Positions 1-9,899 of a stretch of 64,000 bases of DNA are shown piece by piece (the stretch's first letter is position 1; the number at the start of each line of letters is the position of its first letter). The notes beneath the pieces were generated by a model. That model saw only the letters and a program-made list of their open reading frames with translations. It had not been told where the DNA came from and made no database searches. The stretch lies in the NCBI GenBank assembly GCA_965223545.1, contig OZ245006.1:960001-1024000 (forward strand), read 5' to 3'. A program made the position numbers and the translations under genes. The stretch is from Planctomycetota bacterium. GTDB taxonomy: Bacteria > Planctomycetota > UBA1135 > UBA2386.

Positions 1-1
1 C

Positions 2-307
2 CCCGAGCGGCGCTTCGCGCTCCTGCTGGGCGTGCCCGACGCGCAGCGCAGCGTGATCCACTACGCGCTGCCGCCGGGCTTTGCTCCGGTCGAGATTCCG
101 CCGCCGGTGGAGCTGCGCGCGCCGTTCGGCTCCTACGTGCAGCGCGCCTCGCTGGTCGATGGCGAGCTGCGCGTCGAGCGCACGCGCACGCTGGACGTCA
201 ACCGCATCGAGCCGGCGGAGTATCCGGAGTTTCGCGAGTTCATCCAACGGATCGGGCGCGCCGACGAGCGACGGATACTGATCGAGAAGCGGGGAGGACG
301 ACCGTGA
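2..307 (+). CDS. C-terminal end (partial) of DUF3857/DUF3858-type transglutaminase-like protein
   Basis: Frame open from window start. Ends ...LPPG...FGSY...RI.PAEYPEFREF, similar to the C-terminus of the next gene; GTGA overlap with it. Confidence 0.7.
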   Translation, partial: PERRFALLLGVPDAQRSVIHYALPPGFAPVEIPPPVELRAPFGSYVQRASLVDGELRVERTRTLDVNRIEPAEYPEFREFIQRIGRADERRILIEKRGGRP

Positions 308-3300
308 TGGGATGCAGGATTGACTGCGCTGGTCGGGCGCGACTGGGCGCGCTCGCACTCGGTGCGCTCGTGGCGTCCGCTGCCACCACCCAGCAGCCGG
401 CGACCACGGCGGGCGCCGACGCGGCCCCCGCCATCGCCGATACGCTGCTCGAGGCCTTCGTGCCACGAGTGGACGACCCCGGCGACCGTGCGCTGGCCCT
501 GCTGCGCACGGCGGCGACCCACGCCGCCCACCCGGCCTCCGCCCTGTTGATCGACGCCGCCCGCCGCGTCTCCGAGCAGGCGCACGGCCGCGACCGCCTG
601 CTGGGCGCGGTCGACAACTACCTCGGCGCACAGCCGCACGGCCTCGGCCACGCCGCGGCCCTCGGCCTCCGCACCAGCCTGCTGCTGCGCGCGGGGCGGC
701 GCGGGGCAGAGCTCGAGGATCCACACGGCGACGTCGCCGAACCCCTGCTGGCAGTCGGCCCCTTCGGTGACGAAGGCGACCACTACGGCGGTGTGCCGTT
801 CGCACCGGAGCTCCGGTTTCCCGACCCGGACACACCGCTGCCCGGTCGTTTCGGCGCGGTGAAGCCGCGCGTCGTGGAGCGCGCCCGGCTGCGGTCCACG
901 CTCGATCTGGCACCGGACGGCCCACACGCCGAGGGCTGCCACTACGGCTTGCACCAGCTGCACGCCGAGACCGCGTCGCCTTGCTTCGTCGAGGTGCGCA
1001 GCAGCGGCTCGTTCGAGCTGTTCGTCAACGGCGAGCTCGTCCGGGCTGTCGACCGCGCGGTCCAGCGCGCGGCCAACGTACAGCGGTTGCCGGCCATGCT
1101 GCGCGCGGGCGTCAACCTCGTCCTGGTCAAGACCACGACCAACCGCCGCTCTACCATCGGCCTGCGCTACCTCGACGGAGCCGGGCGACCGCTGGCGACC
1201 ATTCGCACGCTGGCCCCCGACACGGTGCGGCAACCCGGCGCACCGGCGGGCCCACCGGCGGAGCTGTCGGAGTTCGTCGACGGCACCGAGAGCTTGGCGC
1301 GGGCGGGCATGCGCAGCGAAGGCACCCAGCGCCGACGACTGCTGTTGGCCGCCATCCTCGCCGCGCAGCAAGACCGGGACCACGACCGCGCGATGCCTTG
1401 GCTCGCCGCGCTGGAGCAAGACCCACCGCAGACGCCGCGCCTGATCCTCGCCCATGCGCGCGCGCTGGACGGCGCCGATTGGTTGCCGGCGGAGCTGCGC
1501 AACGCCCGGGCGCGCGCGCTGCGGCGTGGGTTGCCGGCCACCGCCGCCGACGGTCACCACGCCACGCTCGAACGCGCCCGCGCGCTGGACAACCAGGACC
1601 GCGGCGAGGACGCGATCCGGCTCTTGCAGCGCCGCGTCGCCGACGGCCACGCCGGCCCGGAGACCTTCGACCAGCTGTACCGCATCCTGCAGCGGCTGCG
1701 CTTCACCGCCGATGCCGAAGCGCTGCTCGCGCCGTGGCGGGAGCGCTGGCCGGCCGACGTGCGACCGGTGCTCGCCGCGGTCTCGGCGCGCAGGAGGGGC
1801 GGCGACATGGCCGGCGCGCTGGCGCTCGCCCGCGAGGCCAACGCCACCGCGCCGCACCCGGCGCTGCGGCGCTCGGTCCTCGATCTCGCCTCGGACCTGG
1901 GCCAGGCCGAGCTGGCGCTGGCCCAGCTCGAGCCGCTGTTCGAGAACGACCCGACGGGCGCTGCCGCGTTGCAAGCCCGCGCCGAGACCTTGGCTCGCCT
2001 GGGCCGCGACGCCGACGCGGCGGCCGTGGATGCGACGCTGATCGACCACCCCGCGCTCGATGCGCGGAGCGCGCGCGACATCGCCGCCCGATGCCTGCTG
2101 CGCGACGACCGCGACGGTGCACAACGCGCCCTGGCGCGCGTCCTGCAGCTGTCCCCCGGCGACGCCGCCGCGCGGCGCACGGCGGCGATGCTCACCGGCG
2201 ACGACGCATTCGCCGAGCTCGCACCGTTTCGCCGTGACGCCGACGAGATCTTGGCCGGCTTTCGCGCGAGCGACCGCGAGCGGGGGGCGTCGTCGTCGCT
2301 GGTCCTCGACCAGATGATCGTGCGCGTGTTCGACGACGGCTCGGCCGTCGAAGAGGTCCACCAGATCCGCCGCATCAACGATCTCCGCGGCGTCGAGCTC
2401 TACCAGGAGGCGCGCAACGCGGCCAACGCCGCCGAGGTCCTGCGGTTGCGCACCGTCGGCACCGACGGCGAGAGCTACGTGCCGCACCGCGTGGCGCGCA
2501 GCTACGGCATGCCGCGGCTCGAGCCGGGTGCGTTCATCGAAGAACGCTACCGCAACTACGAAGCCGCCCCCGGCGCATCGCCATGGCGGGCGACCGAGTT
2601 CTACTTCCGCAGCACCGACGAGCCGTTCTTGCTCACCGAGCTGGTGATGATCTTGCCGGAAGAGCACCAGGGACGGTTTCGCACCCGCAACATGCCGGCG
2701 CCAACGGAAGTGCAGGAGCTCGACGGCGGCCTCCGGGCCTTCGTCTTTCGCATGACCGACGTACCGCGGCTGCCGAGCGAGCGCAGGGCACCGCCCATCG
2801 ACGAGCTAGTGCCGATCGTCACCTTCGGCGAGGATGCGAACCCCGATGCCGCCGCCCGCGCGGCGTATCGCACCGCCGAGCGCCGCGCGATTCCCGATCC
2901 AACCATCCGCGCCAAGGCGGCCGAGCTCACCCTGGGTGTGCAGGGCGACACCGCCAAGGCCGCCGCCATCTACCGCTACGCGCAGGAGCAGATCGCCGAC
3001 GGCGGCAGCACCGACCCGACCGAGATCGTGCTGACCGGCCGCGGGCAGCGGTTCTTCGCCATCACAGCGCTGCTGCGCGCCGCCAGCGTGCCGTTCGACC
3101 ACGCGCGCACCGAGGACGTCCACGCGCGGTTTCTCGACAGCGGTCCGCCGCTGTTCCTCGGCGAGGAGGAGTACCGCATCCCCGCGCTGCGCGTGACCCC
3201 CACCGACGGTGCGGTCTTCTGGCTGTTCGCCGACAGTCCACGCCACTATCCCAGCGGCGCCATCCCCGCCGAGCGGTTTGCCGCGCGCGCGCTCTTGCTG

Positions 3301-3987
3301 CGCGCTGGCGGCGGCGAGCCGACGCGGCTCCCCGACGGAGACGCGGCGGCGGAGTCCGGCTACGACGTGCGCGGCACCCTCGCACTGACCGAGGACGGCA
3401 CCGCGGAGCTGCGTGCCGAGGCCACGCTGCGCGGGGTGATCGCCTACGGGGCCTCGAGCCGCATCGCGACGCTGGAGGAGAGCACCCAGCAGATCGTGGC
3501 GCGCCAGCTGGCGGGGCAGGTGTTCGACGGATGGAGCCTCGGCGAAGTCGAGCTGACCGGCCTCGACGCCGGCGCGCGGATCGGCGCGCGCGTGGTGGTC
3601 TCTCAGCGCGACGCGCTCAGCACGGCGGGCGAGGAGCTCCTGCTGCGACTGCCGTTCCCCCCGATCGAGTTCTCGGCCGGCCTCGGCGACCGCGCCCAGC
3701 GCCATCTACCGCTGGTGCTGACCGATCTGCAGAGCAGCTCATGGGAAGTGACGGTGTCGCCCGCACCCCACTTTCGCCTGCTCGAGCTGCCCACGCCCGT
3801 GCGCCTGCAGCACGCGCTGGTGGATTTCTATCTCGGCGTGGAGCGCGATGGCGACACCGTGCGGCTGCGCCGCGAGCTCGTGCTGCGACCCGGCCGCGTG
3901 CCGGCCAGCCAGTTTGCCGAGTGGCTCGACCTCCTGCGTCGCCTCGATCTCGCCGAGCAGCAGACGCTGCGGTTGCAGCGGCGCTGA
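304..3987 (+). CDS. Secreted TPR-like / DUF3857 transglutaminase-like domain protein
   Basis: 1227 aa. Signal-like N-terminus, helical TPR-like middle, DUF3857-like segment (VFDDGS..EEVHQIRRI, MPRLEPGAFIE) and C-terminal beta domain. Confidence 0.75.
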   Translation: MMGCRIDCAGRARLGALALGALVASAATTQQPATTAGADAAPAIADTLLEAFVPRVDDPGDRALALLRTAATHAAHPASALLIDAARRVSEQAHGRDRLLGAVDNYLGAQPHGLGHAAALGLRTSLLLRAGRRGAELEDPHGDVAEPLLAVGPFGDEGDHYGGVPFAPELRFPDPDTPLPGRFGAVKPRVVERARLRSTLDLAPDGPHAEGCHYGLHQLHAETASPCFVEVRSSGSFELFVNGELVRAVDRAVQRAANVQRLPAMLRAGVNLVLVKTTTNRRSTIGLRYLDGAGRPLATIRTLAPDTVRQPGAPAGPPAELSEFVDGTESLARAGMRSEGTQRRRLLLAAILAAQQDRDHDRAMPWLAALEQDPPQTPRLILAHARALDGADWLPAELRNARARALRRGLPATAADGHHATLERARALDNQDRGEDAIRLLQRRVADGHAGPETFDQLYRILQRLRFTADAEALLAPWRERWPADVRPVLAAVSARRRGGDMAGALALAREANATAPHPALRRSVLDLASDLGQAELALAQLEPLFENDPTGAAALQARAETLARLGRDADAAAVDATLIDHPALDARSARDIAARCLLRDDRDGAQRALARVLQLSPGDAAARRTAAMLTGDDAFAELAPFRRDADEILAGFRASDRERGASSSLVLDQMIVRVFDDGSAVEEVHQIRRINDLRGVELYQEARNAANAAEVLRLRTVGTDGESYVPHRVARSYGMPRLEPGAFIEERYRNYEAAPGASPWRATEFYFRSTDEPFLLTELVMILPEEHQGRFRTRNMPAPTEVQELDGGLRAFVFRMTDVPRLPSERRAPPIDELVPIVTFGEDANPDAAARAAYRTAERRAIPDPTIRAKAAELTLGVQGDTAKAAAIYRYAQEQIADGGSTDPTEIVLTGRGQRFFAITALLRAASVPFDHARTEDVHARFLDSGPPLFLGEEEYRIPALRVTPTDGAVFWLFADSPRHYPSGAIPAERFAARALLLRAGGGEPTRLPDGDAAAESGYDVRGTLALTEDGTAELRAEATLRGVIAYGASSRIATLEESTQQIVARQLAGQVFDGWSLGEVELTGLDAGARIGARVVVSQRDALSTAGEELLLRLPFPPIEFSAGLGDRAQRHLPLVLTDLQSSSWEVTVSPAPHFRLLELPTPVRLQHALVDFYLGVERDGDTVRLRRELVLRPGRVPASQFAEWLDLLRRLDLAEQQTLRLQRR

Positions 3988-4021
3988 GCCGTAGCCGACC
4001 GCCTGCTCGCGGACCGGCTGC

Positions 4022-6487
4022 TCACAACGCGATCTGGTTGAGCTGACCGGGGACCAAGACGATCTCCCGTCGCTCCACCTCCTCGCCGTCCCGCAGGTAG
4101 ACGAGCCAGCGGGCACGCTCACTGATCGCGAACTCACCCGACGGCTTGCCTTCCAGCGGCAACCAGTTCTTGGGCACCATGTCGCCCTCGGTCATGATCC
4201 ACATGGGCACGAGCCGGTCCTCTGCATCGTGCACGACCAACGCGTCCGCGCGCACGCTTCCCGCGCCTTCGAGGAATCGGATGCGGCAACGCGCGTCGGC
4301 GCGCAGCTCGACCTCCTCCTGGTCGGCAAACGACTCGACCTCGTGAAAGATGCCGATGACCGGGTCGCCGGTCAGCCCGATCCAACACTGGCCACGGCGC
4401 GGCACGTCGGCCAACGCGAAGCGCCCCTCGGCATCCGTGACCACGCTGCGCTCGACCCTCGCCTGACCGCCCATGCCGGGGAGCAGCTGGAGAACCGGGG
4501 AGACCGTGACGCCCGCCAGCGGTTGGCCAGAACGCGACAGCACCCGGCCGCGCAGACTCTCGCGCATCGCATCGCTCGGGATGACGATGTCGACGCCGCG
4601 CCGTCCCGCCTCGATGGGCTCGGTGCTGATCGCGAGCAGCGTGCGTGGGTCCCAGGCCGTCAGCCGGTAGCTCTGCGGACGCAACCCCCGCACCTCGAAG
4701 CGACCGTCGGCGTGCAGCGGAAACGCCTCGATGGGCTTGACGTCGCCCAAGCCGGCGGCGAGCTGCTCGGCCGTCGCGTCCGGCTGCCGGCCGTAGATCA
4801 TCGCCCCGTCGCGCAACGCCACGAAGAACCCCGTCGCGGCGCGGCCGTCGGCGTGCCGCACGGTGCCACTGATGGCCAGGGGCTCGCCCCCGAGAGCGAC
4901 GCGAAGTCGCTCTGGCCTGCCCTCCTCTTCCCATATGGCGCGACTGTAGTCCCGCACGAACGGCTGATGCCCGGGGGCGACGGCGACCATGCGCAGCTGG
5001 CTCTCGCGCCGGGTCGGCCAGTCGCATTCGAAATGCCCCGCGCTGTCGGAATGAGTGCGGGCACGGCCCCAGACGACTTCGGCACCCTCGACGGCCGCGC
5101 CGTTCTGGTCCACGACGACGCCGCGCAGCCGGTCCGGCCACGCGCGGCGCAACACGACCTGCATGGACAGGTCCCCGGCTTGCGGAACCGGCGCGTCGTG
5201 AGGGTGGTAGCCGAGGTGAGACACGCCGATGCGCGCGTCGCGAGCGGCGGGGACCGCAGGAAACGAGAAACCGCCGTCGGAGTCGGTACGGGCACTGACG
5301 CCCGAGTACGCCAGGTGCTGCTCGAGGGACTCCGGAAACAGGGAGAGCTCGCGCGCCTCGACGGCGACCGTGACCTCGGCGAGGGGCTGGCCATGCGCAT
5401 CGACCACGCGGCCCGCGAGTGCCACGGCGGGGACCACGACGATCGTCGCGTGCCGCGACGCATCGAGATGAGGCCAGGCGCGCAGGGTGATCCAAGCCTC
5501 GTCGACCGCGATCACCGCGAGCTTCTCGGCACCATCACCGCTCTTGTCGTCCGGCGGCAACCGCAGCTCGAAACGCCCGCCGTCCGCGCTCACCACCGTG
5601 CCCGTGGGCGGCGACCCCCGCGACCATCCCACTGCGATCCCGGCCAGCGGCAGACCCCGCTCATCGAGCACCTGCCCGCGCAGCACCGACCGCGGCTGGT
5701 CGGTCGCTGGCGACGGAACGTCTCGCTCGACCACGCTGCGGTCGGGCGAGGTGGTGGCCTCGCCCCGCCTCGGTTCCGCTCCCGCCACCATCGCCCCCGG
5801 CGCGGCAAACGCGGCCTCCGCTGCCGCCGGCGCATCGACCGGCGCCGAGGACACCCACCAGATCGCGGCCGCGAGACCGACCACGGCCAGCGTCGCGGCG
5901 GACTTCGTTCCCGTACCCATTCCCACGAGCATTCCTCCGTTCAAGAGCAACGACGCGAATGCCAGCGCACCGCCACGGCGCGCGTCGGGTTCGGTCGAGA
6001 CGAGCCGCGCACGGAGCTTGGCCAAGCCGCGCTGCACGCGAGAGCGCACCGCCGAAGCGGAGACGCCCTGCGCCCGCGCGATCTCGACCGCCGTGCGGCG
6101 CTCGACGTAGCGCCACCACAAGGTCGAGCGGAAGGGCTCGTCGAGCTCCTTCAGGGCTTGGACCAAGCGCCCGCGAAGCTGCAGGTCGGCGGCGATCTCA
6201 TCCGTCGACCGCAGTGCTTCGTGAGCCGCCGCGCAGCGCTCGTGGCGCCGCCGCCGCGCGTCCTGCAGCCGCTGGCGCAGCGCGAAGTGGCGCGCCACCG
6301 TCCCGAGCCACCCGCGCGGGTTGCTCCGATCGGCCGGCGGGCGCTGCAGCGCCTTGAGCCAGGTCTGCTGCAACACGTCGTCGGCCGCGTGCTCGTCGCC
6401 GACCAAGCCGCGGACGATGCCGCGGAGCCAATCGCCGTGGGTCAGGAGTTCTTCCAGCCCAGTCGTCGGCACCCTCGCGTCGGTCAT
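4022..6487 (-). CDS. ECF sigma-70 factor fused to TM segment and carboxypeptidase-regulatory-like repeats
   Basis: Region 2 (ADDVLQQTWLKAL, RGWLGTVAR) and region 4 (EIARAQGVSASAVRSRVQRGL), hydrophobic segment, then repeated G.V.D..G.P...TD..G.F motifs. Confidence 0.85.
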   Translation of the reverse strand: MTDARVPTTGLEELLTHGDWLRGIVRGLVGDEHAADDVLQQTWLKALQRPPADRSNPRGWLGTVARHFALRQRLQDARRRRHERCAAAHEALRSTDEIAADLQLRGRLVQALKELDEPFRSTLWWRYVERRTAVEIARAQGVSASAVRSRVQRGLAKLRARLVSTEPDARRGGALAFASLLLNGGMLVGMGTGTKSAATLAVVGLAAAIWWVSSAPVDAPAAAEAAFAAPGAMVAGAEPRRGEATTSPDRSVVERDVPSPATDQPRSVLRGQVLDERGLPLAGIAVGWSRGSPPTGTVVSADGGRFELRLPPDDKSGDGAEKLAVIAVDEAWITLRAWPHLDASRHATIVVVPAVALAGRVVDAHGQPLAEVTVAVEARELSLFPESLEQHLAYSGVSARTDSDGGFSFPAVPAARDARIGVSHLGYHPHDAPVPQAGDLSMQVVLRRAWPDRLRGVVVDQNGAAVEGAEVVWGRARTHSDSAGHFECDWPTRRESQLRMVAVAPGHQPFVRDYSRAIWEEEGRPERLRVALGGEPLAISGTVRHADGRAATGFFVALRDGAMIYGRQPDATAEQLAAGLGDVKPIEAFPLHADGRFEVRGLRPQSYRLTAWDPRTLLAISTEPIEAGRRGVDIVIPSDAMRESLRGRVLSRSGQPLAGVTVSPVLQLLPGMGGQARVERSVVTDAEGRFALADVPRRGQCWIGLTGDPVIGIFHEVESFADQEEVELRADARCRIRFLEGAGSVRADALVVHDAEDRLVPMWIMTEGDMVPKNWLPLEGKPSGEFAISERARWLVYLRDGEEVERREIVLVPGQLNQIAL

Positions 6488-6541
6488 TTGATTGGGGAAT
6501 CCCGGCCAGGAGAAAGCGTCTCCGAATTTTGCGACATCGAG

Positions 6542-6560
6542 AGTACGGAGCCTGGCTCCA
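6542..6560. repeat. REP-like palindrome AGTACGGAGCCTGGCTCCA; empty IS110 target
   Basis: GGAGCC-T-GGCTCC at 6547-6559 is identical to the site reconstructed from the flanks of IS110 at 53438-55082. Confidence 0.7.
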
Positions 6561-6656
6561 TTCCATCACCTCCGCCGCAACCAACGCCAACTCGCCGAGC
6601 AAATGGCCGAGTGCGTGCCTCTGGCCCGAACAACAGCGCGGCGGCTTCCTCCTTAC

Positions 6657-8132
6657 TCAGCCGCGCAGGCGGCGGACGGCATCCATCAGGTCCACGACGG
6701 TCGTCAGCTTGGCGCGCACCTTGCCGGCGGCCTCGCCGCGCTCGCGCTCGTAGGCGTCGAGGCGCAACCAGTCGTCGTAGCTGACGTAGTCGACTCCGCG
6801 CTGGTGGAGCAGGGCGGGCACGCTTTCCGCATCGTCCGGCGGCAGCGGGTCGGCATCGCCTGTGGTGGCGACGTCGGCGAGCAGGGCCTGCACGGTGAGC
6901 TTGGAGTCCGGGCTGTTGGTGCCGATCAGGCCGGTCGGGCCGCGCTTGGCCCAACCCACCACGTACTCGAAGGGCCGCACCGCGCCGCCGGGCGCGTCGA
7001 GCACTCGACCGTCGGCGTTGGGGATGACGCCAGCGCGTGCATCGAAGGGAACCCCCTCGATCGGGATACCTCGGTAGCCGATGGCCCGGAACACGAGCTG
7101 GACCTCCTCGGTCGAGAATCGCTCGGTGGCGCGCGGGCGCGGCGTGCCGTCCTCGGCGGCGTACAGCTCGTTGTGCTGCAAGCGAATGCCGCTCACCCGC
7201 CCCTCGTTGCCGAGGATCTCGACGGGCGAGATCAAGAACTGACACCGCACGCGGCGCGGTGCTCCAGCGGGCGGTCGCAGACTCGCCTCGCGCAAGTAGC
7301 GCACGTTGCGCTGCGCCGCGCGCGGCGCAGCCGTCTCCAGCCACTGCTGCGACACCGGATCGAGCTCCATCGCCGCAGCATCGACCTGAAGCTCGGCCCC
7401 TTCGACGGCGCCGACCTCCTCGATCTCCTTCGGCGAGAACGCCGCCTGCGCCGGGCCGCGGCGCCCGAGCAGCAGCACCTCGCGCACCCTGCTCCGCCGC
7501 AGCGCGTCGAGGGCGTGCTCGGCGATGTCGGTCGCGGCGAGCGCGTCCGGCGGCGACACCAGGATGCGGGTGACGTCCATCGCGACGTTGCCGTTGCCGA
7601 CGACCGCGACCCGCTCCGCCCCTTCCAACCCGAACTCACGATCGGAGAAATCCGGATGGCCGTTGTACCAGCCGACGAAAGACGTCGCCGAGTGCGAGCC
7701 GGTGAGATCCTCGCCCCCGATCCCCATCGCCCGATCGCTCTCGTTGCCGACCGCGTAGATCAGCGCGTCGTAGCGCGAACGCAGCTCGTCGACCTGCACG
7801 TCACCACCGAGCCGAACGTTGCCGAAGAAACGAAAGCGCGGATCGGCCGCGGTCTTCTCGTAGACCTTGACCACCGACTTGATCTTCTGGTGGTCGGGCG
7901 CCACACCGCCGCGCACGAGCCCGTACGGGGTCGGCAGCCGGTCGAAGACATCACAGCGCACCACCAATTCCGCCGCCTTGAACAGGGCTTCCACGGCGTA
8001 GAACGCCGATGGTCCCGAGCCGATCACCGCGACTCGCAGCGGCCGTTCGGCAGTCCCAAGCGGGCCGCCGGCATCTCCGACGCGCGTGCTGTTGGATCCA
8101 CTCAAGCTACATCTGTCCTGGCCCGTGGCCAC
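6657..8132 (-). CDS. Ferredoxin--NADP(+) reductase (adrenodoxin reductase/FprA type)
   Basis: VAVIGSGPS, PYGLVRGGVAPDH, FVGWYNGHP, GNGNVAMD, GWAKRGPTGLIGTN. Confidence 0.92.
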   Translation of the reverse strand: MATGQDRCSLSGSNSTRVGDAGGPLGTAERPLRVAVIGSGPSAFYAVEALFKAAELVVRCDVFDRLPTPYGLVRGGVAPDHQKIKSVVKVYEKTAADPRFRFFGNVRLGGDVQVDELRSRYDALIYAVGNESDRAMGIGGEDLTGSHSATSFVGWYNGHPDFSDREFGLEGAERVAVVGNGNVAMDVTRILVSPPDALAATDIAEHALDALRRSRVREVLLLGRRGPAQAAFSPKEIEEVGAVEGAELQVDAAAMELDPVSQQWLETAAPRAAQRNVRYLREASLRPPAGAPRRVRCQFLISPVEILGNEGRVSGIRLQHNELYAAEDGTPRPRATERFSTEEVQLVFRAIGYRGIPIEGVPFDARAGVIPNADGRVLDAPGGAVRPFEYVVGWAKRGPTGLIGTNSPDSKLTVQALLADVATTGDADPLPPDDAESVPALLHQRGVDYVSYDDWLRLDAYERERGEAAGKVRAKLTTVVDLMDAVRRLRG

Positions 8133-8230
8133 CTATCCGCGTTGCACCCGTGCGGCGCAACGGCCATGCGCACCGGGATGGGGATAGCCTAACGGCGTCC
8201 GACGCGGAGATGAACCCGGTAGCCCTCGGC

Positions 8231-9826
8231 TCACTTGAGCCGGTACAGCCACGCCTCGCGCACGCGCCAGCGCACGCCGCGATGCGTGCGCAGCTCGACC
8301 TCGAGCTCCGGCACGCGGGTTCGCGGGAAGCCCGACAGGAAGCGCTCGAGCGCCGGGTTGGTCGGTGCCGGCAGGTAGCCGCCGTCGACCGGGCCGTCGG
8401 TCCGCAGCCACAGGTAGCGCACCGCCGGGGCAGCCGTGGCGCCCAGCGCACGCGCCGCCAAACCGCTGTCGGTCAGTGGCTGCAGCCAAACTCGGTGTGA
8501 GGTCAGGTAGTAGGTGTACAGCAGGGGGCAATTGTGAGCGACGACACAATCGCCGACCACCGTACCATCCTCGCCGCGCACTTCACTCGCATCGGTGAGG
8601 ACTGCTCCGACATCGCGGTAGAACGTCGTCGAGGTCTCGCGCCACTGCTCTTGGCTCTGCCAACCCGCCGCAGCGGCCAGCACCAGCAATGCCAAGCCGG
8701 GCACGACCCGGGGCATCCAACGCGCCGCCGCCGCCGCCAGGTGCGCCGCTGCCACAGCCCACAACGGACCGAAGTAGTACCAAAAGTGCAGGTGGATGCG
8801 CGCGTGCTCGGCGAAGGTGCCGACGTGCAGGACGCCCGGCAGCAAGAGCGCGAGCGCGACGCGCGGCGCGCGGCGCAGCAGCACGGGCACGCCGAGCGCG
8901 CCCGCGACCAACGCGGGCACGGTGAAGTCGATGCCCGAGAACTCCAAGCCGGCGCGCAGCACAGCGCTCATCTCGGGCCGCGCCAGAATGGTCACTTCGA
9001 CCAGCTCACCGACGCTGTGGCCGGTCTCCAGGTCGGGGTTGAAGCGGGGATTGGCGGTGGCCCATGCCCGCCAGGCGAGGATCGAGCCGAGCGCGGCCAG
9101 GCTCGCGGTCGCCGGCAACCACAGCCGCCGTATCCAGTCCCTCGGACCGCCGCGCACGACCAAGGGCAGCAAGGCCGCGCAGAACCAGACGAACGGCCAG
9201 TCCATCCAGGGCCCGAAGTAGGCGGCCAGGCCCTGCACGATCCGCCAGCGGGTGCGCAGAGCGCCGGTGGTCTCGCCCGCGCGCACCGTCGCAAGCACCA
9301 ACCACAGCCCACACGGGATCACGGTCAGCTCAAGCGAGGCCTGACAAAACAGCTGGCTGACGGGGAACTGCGCGAACAAGAGCGCGCCCCCGAACGCCCA
9401 ACCCGCGGCGAGACTGCGCCGCAACAGCCGGTAGATCGCCAGCGTGGCCAGCCCCAGCCCCACCACGGTCGGCAGCCGCAACTGCCACTCCTCGGTGCCG
9501 AACGCGCCCGCCAACCAGAAGTGACCGGGCGGGTGGTTTTGATACAGCGCGGCGTCGTACGGCGTCGCCGGCAGCTGCGGCCACAGCGGCATGCCGCGCA
9601 GCTCCCAGAAGCCGAACCGCTCGAAGCACTGCGCGAACAGACCGTAGTAGACGCCCGCGGTGTGATCGGTGGAGGTCAGCGGCACCGCCATCCACGGCAA
9701 CACCGTGCCCGAGGAGAGCAGGACGAGCGCCACCATGGCGCACACGTCGCGCGCGCCGAACGGAGCGCCCGGCAGCGCGGTTGGTCGGTCGGACGACGGC
9801 ATCGACCGGTGCAGAAATAAGGCCAA
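8231..9826 (-). CDS. ArnT/PMT-like (GT39/GT83) membrane glycosyltransferase
   Basis: Polytopic membrane protein with YQNHPPG and EWQLRLP motifs; start uncertain. Confidence 0.7.
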   Translation of the reverse strand: MALFLHRSMPSSDRPTALPGAPFGARDVCAMVALVLLSSGTVLPWMAVPLTSTDHTAGVYYGLFAQCFERFGFWELRGMPLWPQLPATPYDAALYQNHPPGHFWLAGAFGTEEWQLRLPTVVGLGLATLAIYRLLRRSLAAGWAFGGALLFAQFPVSQLFCQASLELTVIPCGLWLVLATVRAGETTGALRTRWRIVQGLAAYFGPWMDWPFVWFCAALLPLVVRGGPRDWIRRLWLPATASLAALGSILAWRAWATANPRFNPDLETGHSVGELVEVTILARPEMSAVLRAGLEFSGIDFTVPALVAGALGVPVLLRRAPRVALALLLPGVLHVGTFAEHARIHLHFWYYFGPLWAVAAAHLAAAAARWMPRVVPGLALLVLAAAAGWQSQEQWRETSTTFYRDVGAVLTDASEVRGEDGTVVGDCVVAHNCPLLYTYYLTSHRVWLQPLTDSGLAARALGATAAPAVRYLWLRTDGPVDGGYLPAPTNPALERFLSGFPRTRVPELEVELRTHRGVRWRVREAWLYRLK

Positions 9827-9899
9827 CGACGCCAGCGGTCACCACTGCGCGAGAATTGTTGCCGCGCCTCCGCGGACCGCACGCGTATCGTGGCAGCCC

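Noticed and set aside
133..2667. Long antisense/alternate-frame ORFs (also 4229-6784, 14823-17135, 32113-34275 etc.)
   Set aside because: GC-rich shadow ORFs opposite motif-supported genes
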